From an uncultured Candidatus Saccharibacteria bacterium (GTDB lineage: Bacteria > Patescibacteriota > Doudnabacteria > UBA920): a stretch of DNA of 64,000 nt. Made by a program: the position numbers and the translations under genes. Location of the stretch: contig CAYYQK010000001.1 of NCBI GenBank assembly GCA_964473815.1, positions 881 through 64,880 on the forward strand. Direction: 5' to 3'. Under the pieces are notes generated by a model. The model did not search any database. It worked only from the letters and a program-made list of their open reading frames with translations, and was not told the origin of the DNA. This document shows, in pieces, positions 37,907 to 47,876 of the stretch (its first letter is position 1; each line of letters opens with the position of its first letter).

Positions 37907-39085
37907 TTATTCTGAATATTGAGGAGTGTTCGGTTCAGTGATGAACGTTCCGGTTGCTTGTGGTGGATTGCTGCTAACTGAGTCGGTTGGTGCTTGATCA
38001 ATATCAGGAACTACTGTTTTAACAATCGGTTTTGGTGTTGTAGTAGCAGCAGTATTAGTGTTCGAGTTAGTATTGGTGTCAGTAGCACCTTTGACAATAC
38101 CCGTATCAGCTGGTAACAACAAGATTTGCTTAGCAACTAAAGTACCTTGTTGGTTACGAACGCCTGTTATAGTAATGCGTCCGGACAGAGTCTTCGGCGC
38201 GGTAGTTAATTGGCCATTGATGTCTGTAATAACTGTCTTGTCATCAATGTTGAATAAATTCTTTTCTACAATAACCTGATTATTATAAGAGCTGGTTACG
38301 TTGCCTGTAACAGAAATTTTGTTAGGCATGTCAGCCATGGTTTGATCATTAACTGTGGCGATGATTTTCGCTAAAGCCTGATCACTTTTCTTGGTATCTT
38401 CGAGTGCAGCAGAGGCAACGGTTTTAGTAGTGTCGTCATCTTCCGTTTTTTGAACGCTTTCCAAAACATCTTTTTGTTGTTTGTTCACAGCTACCAGAGT
38501 GTCGAGAAGAGTTGAGTCTTGTTTGGAGATGGCGTTAGCAGTTGCTAAAGGACCTGCTTCAGCAAAAGTTTTTGCAGTTTGCGATTGTAATTCAGCAATA
38601 GCAGCAGTTTCGGCCGTGTCATTGCCACTTTCAGCAGCTTGCTTAACTTCGTTAATACGGTTTTGTAAAAGTTCAACGTGAATTACTGCTAATTTTTCCG
38701 GGTTGCGAGTCAGGGTTAGGCGAGCGTTTTCACCGGCGCGTTTTAAAGTATATAAAGTATCGCCTGGTAAACTTGCTTGGGTAGCGTTTACAATTTTATT
38801 GCCACCAAGCAAAACCAAAAGCATTGCCAAAGGGATTGCTGCTACTCGAGAGTAGCGGAACGCACTCCAGAACCAACTCTGCGCAACAATCTTTTCAGCG
38901 TACAAACGGCGTTTGTAAGGGCGGGGCACTTCGAGTTTTGGAATATTCAAACCCATTTCGGACACATTTAATAAACTAACCAGATCTTCTTTGTATTCTG
39001 GATAGTCACTCACGATTGCATTCACAGATTCGCCGTCCAAAAGGCGGGTGAGTGCGATGTCAAAAATGTGGTCAGGAGTTTTCAT
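37907..39085 (-). CDS. Putative anti-sigma factor (DUF5667 domain)
   Basis: TM followed by SLPGDTLYTLKRAGE; overlaps the ECF sigma stop. Confidence 0.8.
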   Translation of the reverse strand: MKTPDHIFDIALTRLLDGESVNAIVSDYPEYKEDLVSLLNVSEMGLNIPKLEVPRPYKRRLYAEKIVAQSWFWSAFRYSRVAAIPLAMLLVLLGGNKIVNATQASLPGDTLYTLKRAGENARLTLTRNPEKLAVIHVELLQNRINEVKQAAESGNDTAETAAIAELQSQTAKTFAEAGPLATANAISKQDSTLLDTLVAVNKQQKDVLESVQKTEDDDTTKTVASAALEDTKKSDQALAKIIATVNDQTMADMPNKISVTGNVTSSYNNQVIVEKNLFNIDDKTVITDINGQLTTAPKTLSGRITITGVRNQQGTLVAKQILLLPADTGIVKGATDTNTNSNTNTAATTTPKPIVKTVVPDIDQAPTDSVSSNPPQATGTFITEPNTPQYSE

Positions 39086-39656
39086 TATTGTCTTCGATTG
39101 CGTCGATAAGTTCTTTAAGTTTAGCGATTGCTCGGTGCTGGATAACGCGAATTGATCCTTCGCTTTTATTTAGTAGCTGAGCAATGGCAGTGTTATCTAT
39201 ATCTTCTAAAAATTTTAATTTGATAACTTGCTGTTGTTCGGGTGACAGCTCTTTGAGTAATTTGATGAATACGGTTTGCTGAGTTTGCAGGTTTACGAGA
39301 TCAACTATGTTGGTTTCGTATTCCAAAGTGTTCTCAATTTCTTCGAGTGGGACCACAGCACGCTTGCTGCGGTAGTAGTCGATCACCTGATTGCGTGCGA
39401 TCTGGAACAGCCAACCTTCAAAAGCAGCGGATTGTTCAAGATTTCGCAAATTGCGAAACAGTTTTACAAACACATCCTCGGTTAAGTCTTCAGCGGTTTC
39501 TTTGTGACTGACGCGGTAATAGATGAATTTGTAAATTCTTTCGAAATAATGATTATACAAATCCGCTAAAGCCGCTTCAGAACCAGCCTGGGCCTTGGTC
39601 AGAGTTTCCTCAAACCCGGGGAACGGTATTCGGTTGGAATGAGCGGTATCAGTCAT
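39072..39656 (-). CDS. ECF RNA polymerase sigma factor
   Basis: Region 2 AEDLTEDVF..WLFQIARN..IDYYR; region 4 LSPEQQQVI..IA..L..SEGSIR..HRA. Confidence 0.95.
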   Translation of the reverse strand: MTDTAHSNRIPFPGFEETLTKAQAGSEAALADLYNHYFERIYKFIYYRVSHKETAEDLTEDVFVKLFRNLRNLEQSAAFEGWLFQIARNQVIDYYRSKRAVVPLEEIENTLEYETNIVDLVNLQTQQTVFIKLLKELSPEQQQVIKLKFLEDIDNTAIAQLLNKSEGSIRVIQHRAIAKLKELIDAIEDNNENS

Positions 39657-39659
39657 ATA

Positions 39660-39685
39660 GACGGGGAATTTTTGGTTTTGTTACA
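39660..39685 (-). promoter_or_regulatory. ECF-type autoregulatory promoter
   Basis: TGTAAC-N16-CGTC directly upstream of the sigma ATG. Confidence 0.75.
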
Positions 39686-39767
39686 GTGAATTTTAGAAAA
39701 AATTGCAAGAGAAAATTAAGACCAGAAAGCGCTAGCTTCCTTGATTTTCGACTATATTGTAGCACAC

Positions 39768-40502
39768 CTAATTAACGATTTGTGGTGCCTGAGTGATAAG
39801 GCGAACAACACACAGTGGAGTCTGTTCGGTTGACTGTCCAAGTGGATTGTCTCGAAAGAGGGCGCTGCAAAATTCATCTGTGAGTTTTGCATCAGACTTT
39901 CCCAAAATTGTGACGCCAAGGTCATTGGCATCGATTATCACGGTATCGTAACCAATAGCGGCTTTAATATTTTTTGCAACTTCATGCGGTTTAGCCGGGC
40001 CAAGTTTGGCATATTCATTGTAAGGTGGCAGAGTGTAATCGCAGGGCCCATCAATGGCATTAATATAATTGCCGACAACTTTATAGAACACACCGCGAAT
40101 GCCTAGTGGTTTTGTAACTGCTGAGGCGGCTGCAGCCAGTAACATGCGTGATGCACCGGCTTCTCTAATTGCTAATTCCATAGTCCAAGGGCTACCAAGG
40201 CCAATACCGTAAGGAGACTTGTGTACAAACTTTACTAAAATTTTTGCGAGCAGAGATGGCTTGATGTCTTTGATTGGAAACGCGCGACCCTGGCTAATAG
40301 CCACGACACGTTCACTAATGAAAAGCATGTCACCTTTTTGCATATGTGGTACAGCATATTTTTTGCAAACTTCAATAATGTCATCATCTTTGGTGACCAC
40401 GTGAGTTTTGATTGGGTAGCGGGCGTAAATCTGGTTATATACGCCAATGTTTATATTTTTACTGAGATTTGGCGGTAAGCCGTCTGGGATTTTTTCAATC
40501 AT
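39768..40502 (-). CDS. CofE-like (F420-0:gamma-glutamyl ligase family) protein
   Basis: PIKTHVV, ISERVVAISQGR, AIDG, IIDANDLG and DNPLGQ..EQTP motifs. Start at 40502. Confidence 0.8.
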   Translation of the reverse strand: MIEKIPDGLPPNLSKNINIGVYNQIYARYPIKTHVVTKDDDIIEVCKKYAVPHMQKGDMLFISERVVAISQGRAFPIKDIKPSLLAKILVKFVHKSPYGIGLGSPWTMELAIREAGASRMLLAAAASAVTKPLGIRGVFYKVVGNYINAIDGPCDYTLPPYNEYAKLGPAKPHEVAKNIKAAIGYDTVIIDANDLGVTILGKSDAKLTDEFCSALFRDNPLGQSTEQTPLCVVRLITQAPQIVN

Positions 40503-40572
40503 ATTATCTATATTATAGCATTTTGACTGGTAACAAAAAAATCGGCTCGCGCCGAATCTGGTTGGGGTTCCC

Positions 40573-40666
<94 letters not shown>

Positions 40667-40711
40667 AAATGAGTGATATTTAGTTATAACTCATGTATTC
40701 TAGCGAATTTC

Positions 40712-41452
40712 TTAGTCTTTGGCAATGCTGATGCACCACACGGTTTGTACACCAACTTGTTTGAGTGCTCGTGATGCGGCTAAGAAGGTTTGGCCAGTGG
40801 TTGAGACATCGTCTATTAATAGAACTTTTTTTGGGATTTCGAAATGCCGCCCAAAGTTATTTACGACAAATGCATTGGTGAGGTTTGTTTGGCGTGTTTT
40901 GGCGTCGAGATCTTTTTGGGTTTTAGTGTTTTTGGTGCGTTTAAGCAGTGGAACGTACGAAAGTTGCAAACCTTGGGCTATTACTTTGGCTGCAACTTCC
41001 GATTGATTAAAGCCGCGCCATCTTTGTCGTCGTGCGTGGAGCGGAATTGCGCATACGGCAAAATCCCGCAGTTCGGCAAAATGTTGTGGTTGCGATTGCT
41101 GTCGGTAAAGAGCTTCAAAGAAGAGGTGATCGACTGTGAGTGCGCCTAAAACTGCGAAAACTTCTTGCACAAAAAAATATTTGCCGGTGATGATCATGTC
41201 TGCTACCACTCGGTTTTGATAGGGAAACGCGCTGAGTAGTCGCTCGGGGGTGTATGGGTTTGCGCAGGGTGGGTGAGTGTATCCGCCCGGGCTCGGCGCG
41301 TTGCATCCCACGCAGAAGTAGCGCGCGACACTACTAATTTGGGTCATGCAAAATTTACAAAGATAGCTGCCTGGCCTTTGGCAGCCAAAACAGTACTTCG
41401 GATAGAAGACGTCAGCTAAAATATTTAAACCAAATGATAGTAAGCCAGGCAT
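40712..41452 (-). CDS. comF: ComF-family protein
   Basis: Double zinc ribbon, IPLH..R..RGFNQS, LLIDDVSTTGQT. Confidence 0.92.
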   Translation of the reverse strand: MPGLLSFGLNILADVFYPKYCFGCQRPGSYLCKFCMTQISSVARYFCVGCNAPSPGGYTHPPCANPYTPERLLSAFPYQNRVVADMIITGKYFFVQEVFAVLGALTVDHLFFEALYRQQSQPQHFAELRDFAVCAIPLHARRQRWRGFNQSEVAAKVIAQGLQLSYVPLLKRTKNTKTQKDLDAKTRQTNLTNAFVVNNFGRHFEIPKKVLLIDDVSTTGQTFLAASRALKQVGVQTVWCISIAKD

Positions 41453-41487
41453 GTTTTAAGCGTAACAAAGTCATCCTCAATTCTACG

Positions 41488-41542
41488 TAAAGTTTTTCTA
41501 AAGTTTGGGTAAACTTTCTCTAAAGTTTTTCTGAATTTTTTA
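41488..41542. repeat. Five tandem 11-bp direct repeats (TAAAGTTTTTC-like)
   Basis: TAAAGTTTTTC/TAAAGTTTGGG/TAAACTTTCTC/TAAAGTTTTTC/TGAATTTTTTA. Confidence 0.7.
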
Positions 41543-41553
41543 TGATCAAGTCC

Positions 41554-41582
41554 TTGACATAACTACAACTTTACTGTATATT
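41554..41582 (+). promoter_or_regulatory. sigma70-type promoter
   Basis: TTGACA-N17-TATATT. Confidence 0.7.
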
Positions 41583-41619
41583 GCGGGGGATCATAAAGAT
41601 CAAAAAGGGGGATAAACAG

Positions 41620-42024
41620 ATGAACACGAACACTAATTCTCACGGGCTAACTACGTTCGAAATGGTTTCGCCCAAGGAATTGGTGGACCAGAGAGCGTAT
41701 TATGCCCAATTGCAAATATTGCGCAAATGGTGCCAATCCCACATTGGCACGCATGTGCATCTTGTAACTCAGCAAGTTGACGACCTTTGTATTCCCGATG
41801 GCAAAAGGATCCACGGGAAAATATCCGACGTCGATATTCTGGGAGACGGGAAAGAGCTCCTGGTTCTGGAGAATGTCATCATTTGCAATGAAGGAATAAG
41901 CCCGCGGAAACGAATGCGGTCAAAGCCCGATTTGCGGTGCATCCAACGGTTGGAGTTCAACCCCAATTGGTGCGAACCAGGAAAAGATCCGGTTCGCGGT
42001 CAAACCCGCTGCGGTTGCGACTAA
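41620..42024 (+). CDS. Orphan protein with possible Sm/LSm-like fold
   Basis: IGTHVHLVT..DGKRIHGKISDVD..LLVLENV pattern; own promoter and G-rich SD. Confidence 0.55.
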   Translation: MNTNTNSHGLTTFEMVSPKELVDQRAYYAQLQILRKWCQSHIGTHVHLVTQQVDDLCIPDGKRIHGKISDVDILGDGKELLVLENVIICNEGISPRKRMRSKPDLRCIQRLEFNPNWCEPGKDPVRGQTRCGCD

Positions 42025-42098
42025 ATTAACACTTTCGAAAGAAGGCCAACGAATGAAAATTCGAAGGCCTCTTTATTTTGCTTATTTAATCTTTTCTT

Positions 42099-44666
42099 TT
42101 ACGCTGGTACAGGGACTGGCGCGTTATGCACTGAGAATGTGACAGTGTCATTTTTTACATCAGCCGTAATTGTACTTCCTGAAGAAATATTTTGGGAGAT
42201 TAATTTTTCTGCTAAAGGATCACTAACCAGATCCTGTATGTTTTTACGAATGTAACGTGCGCCTTGCAAGGGGTCAAAGCTTTTTTCGGAAATAAATTTC
42301 ACTAAGGCAGGGGTAACTTTTAGCGAAACATTTTGCATGCTTAAGCGTTTTTGAACATCACCAAACTGAATTGTGGTGATGCGGCGCAATTGCTGCATAC
42401 CAAGCGGGCGGAAAATTAACACTTTGTCGATACGGTTTAAAAACTCCGGACGCAAGTCGTGTTTTAACTTTTCCATCAAACCGGTTTTGATGCGATCGTA
42501 TTCTTTCTCTAATACTAGCTTTTGATCTTCTAACTCTTCACGATCAGCAAAACCAATTTTCTTAGCAGCAGCATTTAATTCTTGCATACCTAAGTTCGAA
42601 GTCATAATGATGACAGTGTTGGCAAAGTTAACGCGTTTACCTTGAGCATCAGTTAACTGACCATCTTCTAAAATTTGCAGCAAAATGTTAAACACATCTG
42701 GGTTAGCTTTTTCGATTTCGTCGAACAGAACCACAGAGTAGGGTTTACGGCGAACTGCTTCCGTTAAACGGCCGCCTTCTTCATAACCAACATACCCAGC
42801 TGGGGCGCCAACTAAACGCGAAACATTGTGGCGTTCCATAAATTCAGACATGTCGATGCGAATGAGGGCGTCGGCATCTTCGAAAACTTCTTGAGCAATC
42901 ATTTTTGCAGTTTCGGTTTTTCCAACCCCAGTTGGACCAAGGAACATAAATGAGCCAATTGGCCGTTGAGGATCAGCCAGACCAGCGCGAGAACGGCGAA
43001 TAGTTTTGGCAATTTCGTTTACAGCTTCGTCTTGGCCAACAATGCGAGTCTTCAAAGTTTTTTCTAAGTTAGAAAGTTTGCCGATTTCGGTTTGCGCCAA
43101 TTTCTTTAGAGGAATTTTGGTCATCAACGAAACTGTTGCAGCAATATCTTCTGCTCCAATGGAATAAACTGGTTCTGTTTCGCTCTTTTCCTGGCTTTCC
43201 AGTGCGCGTTTTTGAGCCATCAATTTTTCTTCCTGGGTGCGTAAATGCAAAGCAGTGGTAAAGTCTTGTGACAAAACTGCTTTTGTTTTTTCTTCTTCCA
43301 AAGCTTCGAGCTCGTTTTCTACTTTCTTACGATTCTTGGCAGTTTTGGAATTACTGTGAATGCTGCGTAATGTTGCGGCCGTTTCATCAATTAAGTCTAC
43401 GGCCTTATCTGGCAAGAAGTGATCCTGAATGTAGCGGTCGGAAAGTTCAACAGCGGCGTTAATGGCTTCATCTGTAATAGTTACGCGGTGATGCTTTTCG
43501 TAATTTGGGCGCAAGCCCTTTAGAATCGCAATCGATTCTTCTTTGCTTGGTTCCTCTACTAATATAGATTGGAAGCGACGTTCCAAAGCAGCATCGTGTT
43601 CGATATATTTTTTGTATTCGTTCAGAGTAGTTGCACCAATAGTGCGGAGCTCGCCGCGGGCGAGTGCTGGTTTCAAAATGTTGGCTGCGTCCAAACTACC
43701 AGTTGAAGCACCAGCACCAACCATAGTGTGAAGCTCATCTATAAATAGAATAACTTCTGGGTCAGCTTTTACTTCGTCGATAATTTGTTTTAAGCGATTT
43801 TCAAATTCACCACGGAACATTGAACCGGCCACAACAAGGGCTAAATCCAAAGACAGAATTTTTTTGTCGAGTAAAATGTCGGGCACTTCGCGATTGGCAA
43901 TTGCCAAGGCCAGGCCTTCAACGATAGCGGTTTTACCGACACCGGCTTCACCAATTAACACAGGATTATTTTTGGTGCGGCGACCAAGAATAGAAACCAA
44001 ACGATCGATTTCTTTTTTGCGCCCAATGACTGGATCGATTGAACCAGTCGCAGCTTTTTTAGTTAAGTCAGTTGTGTAATATTCGAGGATGCTGCCTTTG
44101 CGGTTGTCAGCGCCCATTGGCATGCCGCCATGCTGATGCGATTGTTCACCTGGTGTGCCGCCCTGCATTCCGGCCGGATCTTGTCCTGGCATTTCTGGAA
44201 ACTTAGAAATGTTTTCAAACACTGCGATAAGATTGTGTTCGAGCTCGCCGATGTCGATGCCAAGCTTAGATAAAATAACCTTAGCGCGATTAGCGTGCGT
44301 ACCCTGTGTTGTTAACAAACCATACAAAAAATGTTCAGTTCCAATAAACTGATAACCGTATTGACTTGCTACAATAGCGCTCCGTTCAATTGCTTGTTTT
44401 AAATTTTCGGAAAGCACTGGCTTCCAATTGGAAGTCTCGTGATTTTTGTTCACCAAAATTAATTCCGCCTTCACAATGTCAGGCGCAATTTTAGCTTTGA
44501 TTAAAATTTCAGCAGCGAAGGAGCTTTTTTCAGCCACAATTCCGTAGAGTAGGTGTTCAGTACCAATATGGTCGTGTTGAAGTTCTTCGGAAGCCATTTG
44601 TGCTGCAATCAACGCATTTTTAGCGCGGGATGACAGGCGTTCTAATATAAATGAGAAATTATCCAT
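42099..44666 (-). CDS. clpC: ATP-dependent Clp protease ATPase ClpC
   Basis: Clp-N repeats, two AAA+ modules ([16 protein letters not shown]), short UVR coil, IGF loop. Confidence 0.93.
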   Translation of the reverse strand: MDNFSFILERLSSRAKNALIAAQMASEELQHDHIGTEHLLYGIVAEKSSFAAEILIKAKIAPDIVKAELILVNKNHETSNWKPVLSENLKQAIERSAIVASQYGYQFIGTEHFLYGLLTTQGTHANRAKVILSKLGIDIGELEHNLIAVFENISKFPEMPGQDPAGMQGGTPGEQSHQHGGMPMGADNRKGSILEYYTTDLTKKAATGSIDPVIGRKKEIDRLVSILGRRTKNNPVLIGEAGVGKTAIVEGLALAIANREVPDILLDKKILSLDLALVVAGSMFRGEFENRLKQIIDEVKADPEVILFIDELHTMVGAGASTGSLDAANILKPALARGELRTIGATTLNEYKKYIEHDAALERRFQSILVEEPSKEESIAILKGLRPNYEKHHRVTITDEAINAAVELSDRYIQDHFLPDKAVDLIDETAATLRSIHSNSKTAKNRKKVENELEALEEEKTKAVLSQDFTTALHLRTQEEKLMAQKRALESQEKSETEPVYSIGAEDIAATVSLMTKIPLKKLAQTEIGKLSNLEKTLKTRIVGQDEAVNEIAKTIRRSRAGLADPQRPIGSFMFLGPTGVGKTETAKMIAQEVFEDADALIRIDMSEFMERHNVSRLVGAPAGYVGYEEGGRLTEAVRRKPYSVVLFDEIEKANPDVFNILLQILEDGQLTDAQGKRVNFANTVIIMTSNLGMQELNAAAKKIGFADREELEDQKLVLEKEYDRIKTGLMEKLKHDLRPEFLNRIDKVLIFRPLGMQQLRRITTIQFGDVQKRLSMQNVSLKVTPALVKFISEKSFDPLQGARYIRKNIQDLVSDPLAEKLISQNISSGSTITADVKNDTVTFSVHNAPVPVPA

Positions 44667-44714
44667 AAAAATTAAGGGTTTTTGTAAAAAATTTAGTAAG
44701 ATTTTAGATTTTCT

Positions 44715-44741
44715 TTAGCACTCTCTGTCCGAGACTGCTAA
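44715..44741. promoter_or_regulatory. CIRCE operator (HrcA site)
   Basis: TTAGCACTC-N9-GACTGCTAA, one mismatch to consensus, in the clpC leader. Confidence 0.88.
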
Positions 44742-44745
44742 TTTA

Positions 44746-44774
44746 TTTATACCTTGAACGTAGTGTTGTGTCAA
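44746..44774 (-). promoter_or_regulatory. sigma70 promoter of clpC
   Basis: TTGACA-N17-TATAAA on the minus strand. Confidence 0.75.
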
Positions 44775-44886
44775 GGCATGAATTCTGAAATTCAGGAAAA
44801 CTTTATCTATATTTTCACTATATAGTTAGCATATCACGGTATAATGAATTTAAGAGATTAAACAGTGCATAACTATCACAAAAATA

Positions 44887-45372
44887 ATGTTTAAGAAAGC
44901 CAAACCGCTTAAAAATCCTGAAGATGTTGATCATGGTTATAACTATGCGCTATTTTTGCTTAATTTAAGTATGCGAACTGAGGGTGAAATTCGTGAAAAA
45001 ATGAAAGCCCGCGGTTATATACCTAAAGTTATAGACGAAGTAATTGCTAAGTTGCATCAAGATAAATATGTGAATGATGAGTACTACGCAGAAATGTTTT
45101 TGGAAAATATGAAACGGTTTAAATATTATGGTCGATTTACCGTCCGGCGGAAGATGTCAGAAAATAAATTACCCAAAGAAATTATTGAGTCTTCATTGCA
45201 GGAATTTTTTACCGCTGAGGACGAGCGCGAAATTGCCAAGCATTACATTGAAAAACAATTTGGTGAATTAAAAACTGTGCGTAAGTTTGATTACGAGGAT
45301 AAACAGAAAGTTATGCGAAAAGTTTTGAGTCGGGGGTTTGGAATGGATGTAGCGCAGTCGCTTCTAAATTAA
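44887..45372 (+). CDS. recX: Regulatory protein RecX
   Basis: ALFLL..RTEGEIREKM, YVND..YA and LSRGF motifs. Confidence 0.88.
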   Translation: MFKKAKPLKNPEDVDHGYNYALFLLNLSMRTEGEIREKMKARGYIPKVIDEVIAKLHQDKYVNDEYYAEMFLENMKRFKYYGRFTVRRKMSENKLPKEIIESSLQEFFTAEDEREIAKHYIEKQFGELKTVRKFDYEDKQKVMRKVLSRGFGMDVAQSLLN

Positions 45373-45388
45373 TAACAAATTAACTTAA

Positions 45389-45418
45389 AATTAAAACGCG
45401 GGTACCCGCGTTTTAATT
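45389..45418. terminator. Perfect 30-bp palindrome / bidirectional terminator
   Basis: AATTAAAACGCGGGTACCCGCGTTTTAATT between convergent recX and lemA. Confidence 0.75.
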
Positions 45419-45433
45419 ATTTCATTTTCCGGT

Positions 45434-45982
45434 TTAGAATTTTACTTCTACGTTCTGACTTTCTGGGCCGTTGTCATCTATATCGAAGAATGCCCGCTTT
45501 GTAAATCCTAGCATCGATGCAAACAGATTTGTTGGAAAGACTTGAATTTTGGTGTTGAAGTCGCGAACATTGCCGTTGTAGAAACGACGAGCGGCTTGGA
45601 TTTTGTCTTCCGTGTCACGCAGATCATTTTGTAATTGCAAGAAGTTGGTGTTGCTCTTCAGGTCAGGATAATTTTCGGCAACAGCAAACAAAGTTTTCAA
45701 AGTGCCCGACAAAGCGTTTTCATCCTTACTGCGTTCAGCTGGGTTTGTTGCTCCCATTGCCTGAGTACGAGCTTCGGTAACTTTTTGTAAAACACCTGAT
45801 TCCTGAGCAGCGAAACCTTTCACAGTGTTAACTAGATTTGGAATTAAATCGTAACGACGCTTAAGTTGTACTTCAATATCTGCCCAAGATTCATCAACAT
45901 TATTACGAGAACGAATCAGTGAGTTATAGATAAACGCAATAATTGCGATGATCGCTACAATAATTATAAGAAAAATCCACAT
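45434..45982 (-). CDS. lemA: LemA family protein
   Basis: YNSL..W..I.VQLKRRYDLIPNLV, AENYPDLKSN and ARRFYN motifs. Confidence 0.95.
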   Translation of the reverse strand: MWIFLIIIVAIIAIIAFIYNSLIRSRNNVDESWADIEVQLKRRYDLIPNLVNTVKGFAAQESGVLQKVTEARTQAMGATNPAERSKDENALSGTLKTLFAVAENYPDLKSNTNFLQLQNDLRDTEDKIQAARRFYNGNVRDFNTKIQVFPTNLFASMLGFTKRAFFDIDDNGPESQNVEVKF

Positions 45983-46056
45983 GTTTTTGAGTTTAATTGT
46001 TAAATTAATGCTTACAAGTGCAGTATATCAAAAGATTGGGGCTGTGGATAGATTGA

Positions 46057-46085
46057 TTGACAGGTAATATATAGAGGGATATAAT
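46057..46085 (+). promoter_or_regulatory. Consensus sigma70 promoter
   Basis: TTGACA-N17-TATAAT. Confidence 0.85.
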
Positions 46086-46093
46086 TTCTCCAT

Positions 46094-46251
46094 ATGCAAA
46101 AAAGTTGGCATCAAATTTCCTGCACATACATTAAGGCGACCAAGATTGCCTTTTTGCCGTTGCGCGGGTTTGGCGGTGTCAGTAAGAGAGCATAAGTTCT
46201 AAAAAGAATTTAGCTCGCTACTAGGCACAAGCCAGTAGCGAGTTTTATTTT
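46094..46251 (+). promoter_or_regulatory. Putative leader peptide (33 aa, 46094-46195) plus terminator (attenuator 1)
   Basis: ATG 8 nt after the -10; CTCGCTACT/AGTAGCGAG stem followed by TTTTATTTT. Confidence 0.55.
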
Positions 46252-46393
46252 GCATCAGAAATCGAGAGGAGGAAAATGGATCCGAAGAATCATTCAGATA
46301 AAGCACGGGGAAGAGTCGGGCATGTCTGCGAAACAGACGAAACCCAAAATGTATTAAGGTTGATCGATCACATAGAAGGAGAAAAAACCAGCC

Positions 46394-46624
46394 ATGAGCA
46401 GTTCAGTAGCAGCACCTCTAACAATTCCACCACAACTCATAACCACCCATGCCGCCGATCGAGATTATTGTACGAGATGCGGTCAGCAGGAAGTTTCTAA
46501 GCTTACCGAATGCATCCCGTTCATTTGGAACATCGAACAAAAAGAAGCTTCAACAGACAACAGTGAGCCCGTAACTTTTGGAAAGATTCCCAATCCATTC
46601 GAGCAGGGTCCGGCAATTGCCTAA
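46394..46624 (+). CDS. Small hypothetical protein with H..CxxC..C motif
   Basis: Ends just before a hairpin terminator; overlaps the alternative ORF 46276-46500, which has a GAGGAGG SD. Confidence 0.4.
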   Translation: MSSSVAAPLTIPPQLITTHAADRDYCTRCGQQEVSKLTECIPFIWNIEQKEASTDNSEPVTFGKIPNPFEQGPAIA

Positions 46625-46701
46625 CCGCTCAAACATTTTGAGTGAAAGCGTGTGCTTAAGAACCGCACGCTTTCCAACTTTATTAATTTTATAATTCATA
46701 T

Positions 46702-46838
46702 ATGAACATACAAAGCAGCGCACTTACTTATTTTTGGTTTTACTGTCATACCTCCTTTTCGAAAGGGTAGGCATGTTTGCTATGAGTAAGTTTTTTTCGT
46801 AGCCGTCATCCCCACCTTTTCGAAGGTGGTTTTATTTT
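46702..46838 (+). promoter_or_regulatory. Aromatic-rich leader peptide (46702-46770) plus terminator (attenuator 2)
   Basis: MNIQSSALTYFWFYCHTSFSKG*, ATG 6 nt after TATAAT; CCACCTT/AAGGTGG stem plus T-tract; anti-SD CCTCCTT. Confidence 0.6.
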
Positions 46839-46863
46839 AAATTTCGAAGGAGGATCGGGGATA

Positions 46864-47874
46864 ATGTTAGAAGATAATATTCGTAGGCAGTTTGGACCAT
46901 GGTCAGTTCTGTGTAGTAATCACAGGTTGTCCATGACAGAGTTGGAAATAACAGACTTATTGGCGTTTGCAAAACGTTGGCAAGTGGACGGCCAGATGGC
47001 ATTCAGCGAACAGTGCCCGACCTATGTGCAAAATAATTTTGGTATGGCCTCAATTATTCTGCGCTTTGATTACATCATGCAAAACGATCGCGTTCGCGTG
47101 TATGAAATAGAAGAGCGGCCAGCTCTGGCTATTGGGATGTGGGCAAATCCAGATGTTAAATTTGGTTTGCTAAACACTTTTGCCGACCTGTCGGAATATT
47201 CCGGCCGGCCAGTGAAGGTGTTGGTGTCTACTGGTCGAAAAGACAACACTGATGATTGGATGTTGCAAGACATTAGCAAGCAGTCTTTGTTTGCAGAATT
47301 GCATCCCACAGTACCGTGTTCGTGCAATAACGCACTCTATTACGTTCGCTCTCATCGAACTGAAGACTATGTATGGCCAATTGCAGATCGATCGATTACG
47401 ACAATTCGTTCCGAAGGCTCGAAATCGTATGGTCAGGATCTGGGTTTGTGGTCGTATGTATCGAGCGTGGCAGAGTTAGATTTTGACAATCGGTTTGTTT
47501 TGAAGCCGTTGGCTGGATCACGTTCGGAAGAAGTTGTGTTTTGGTCACCGGAAAAAGACCTGCGGGGCCGTTCAACTCGGTCAAAAATAGAAGCCTTTTT
47601 TGAGAGAAATCCAATGGGCGGCTATTTGCAAGAAATGATCATGCCAGAGTCGCACGATTTTCTCGCCGAGAATTATCGGCTTCTGCGCCGCAGCTATGTA
47701 ACTTACTCACCGCTCAGGCTTGAGTGGCAGGTAATTGGAGGGCTTTGGTTGGCCACGAATAATATCAAAATTCACGGCACCCCTGAAGCAATAACTGGTG
47801 TAATTGTTAACTCCGATTACACGCAAGACGGGCAGGCAAAATCTGCCCCTCCCTTTTTAAAATTAATTTTATAA
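46864..47874 (+). CDS. Circularly permuted ATP-grasp-like amide ligase
   Basis: RFD...VYEIEERP, FVLKPLAGSRSEEV and YLQEMI motifs; AAGGAGG SD. Confidence 0.65.
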   Translation: MLEDNIRRQFGPWSVLCSNHRLSMTELEITDLLAFAKRWQVDGQMAFSEQCPTYVQNNFGMASIILRFDYIMQNDRVRVYEIEERPALAIGMWANPDVKFGLLNTFADLSEYSGRPVKVLVSTGRKDNTDDWMLQDISKQSLFAELHPTVPCSCNNALYYVRSHRTEDYVWPIADRSITTIRSEGSKSYGQDLGLWSYVSSVAELDFDNRFVLKPLAGSRSEEVVFWSPEKDLRGRSTRSKIEAFFERNPMGGYLQEMIMPESHDFLAENYRLLRRSYVTYSPLRLEWQVIGGLWLATNNIKIHGTPEAITGVIVNSDYTQDGQAKSAPPFLKLIL

Positions 47875-47876
47875 AA

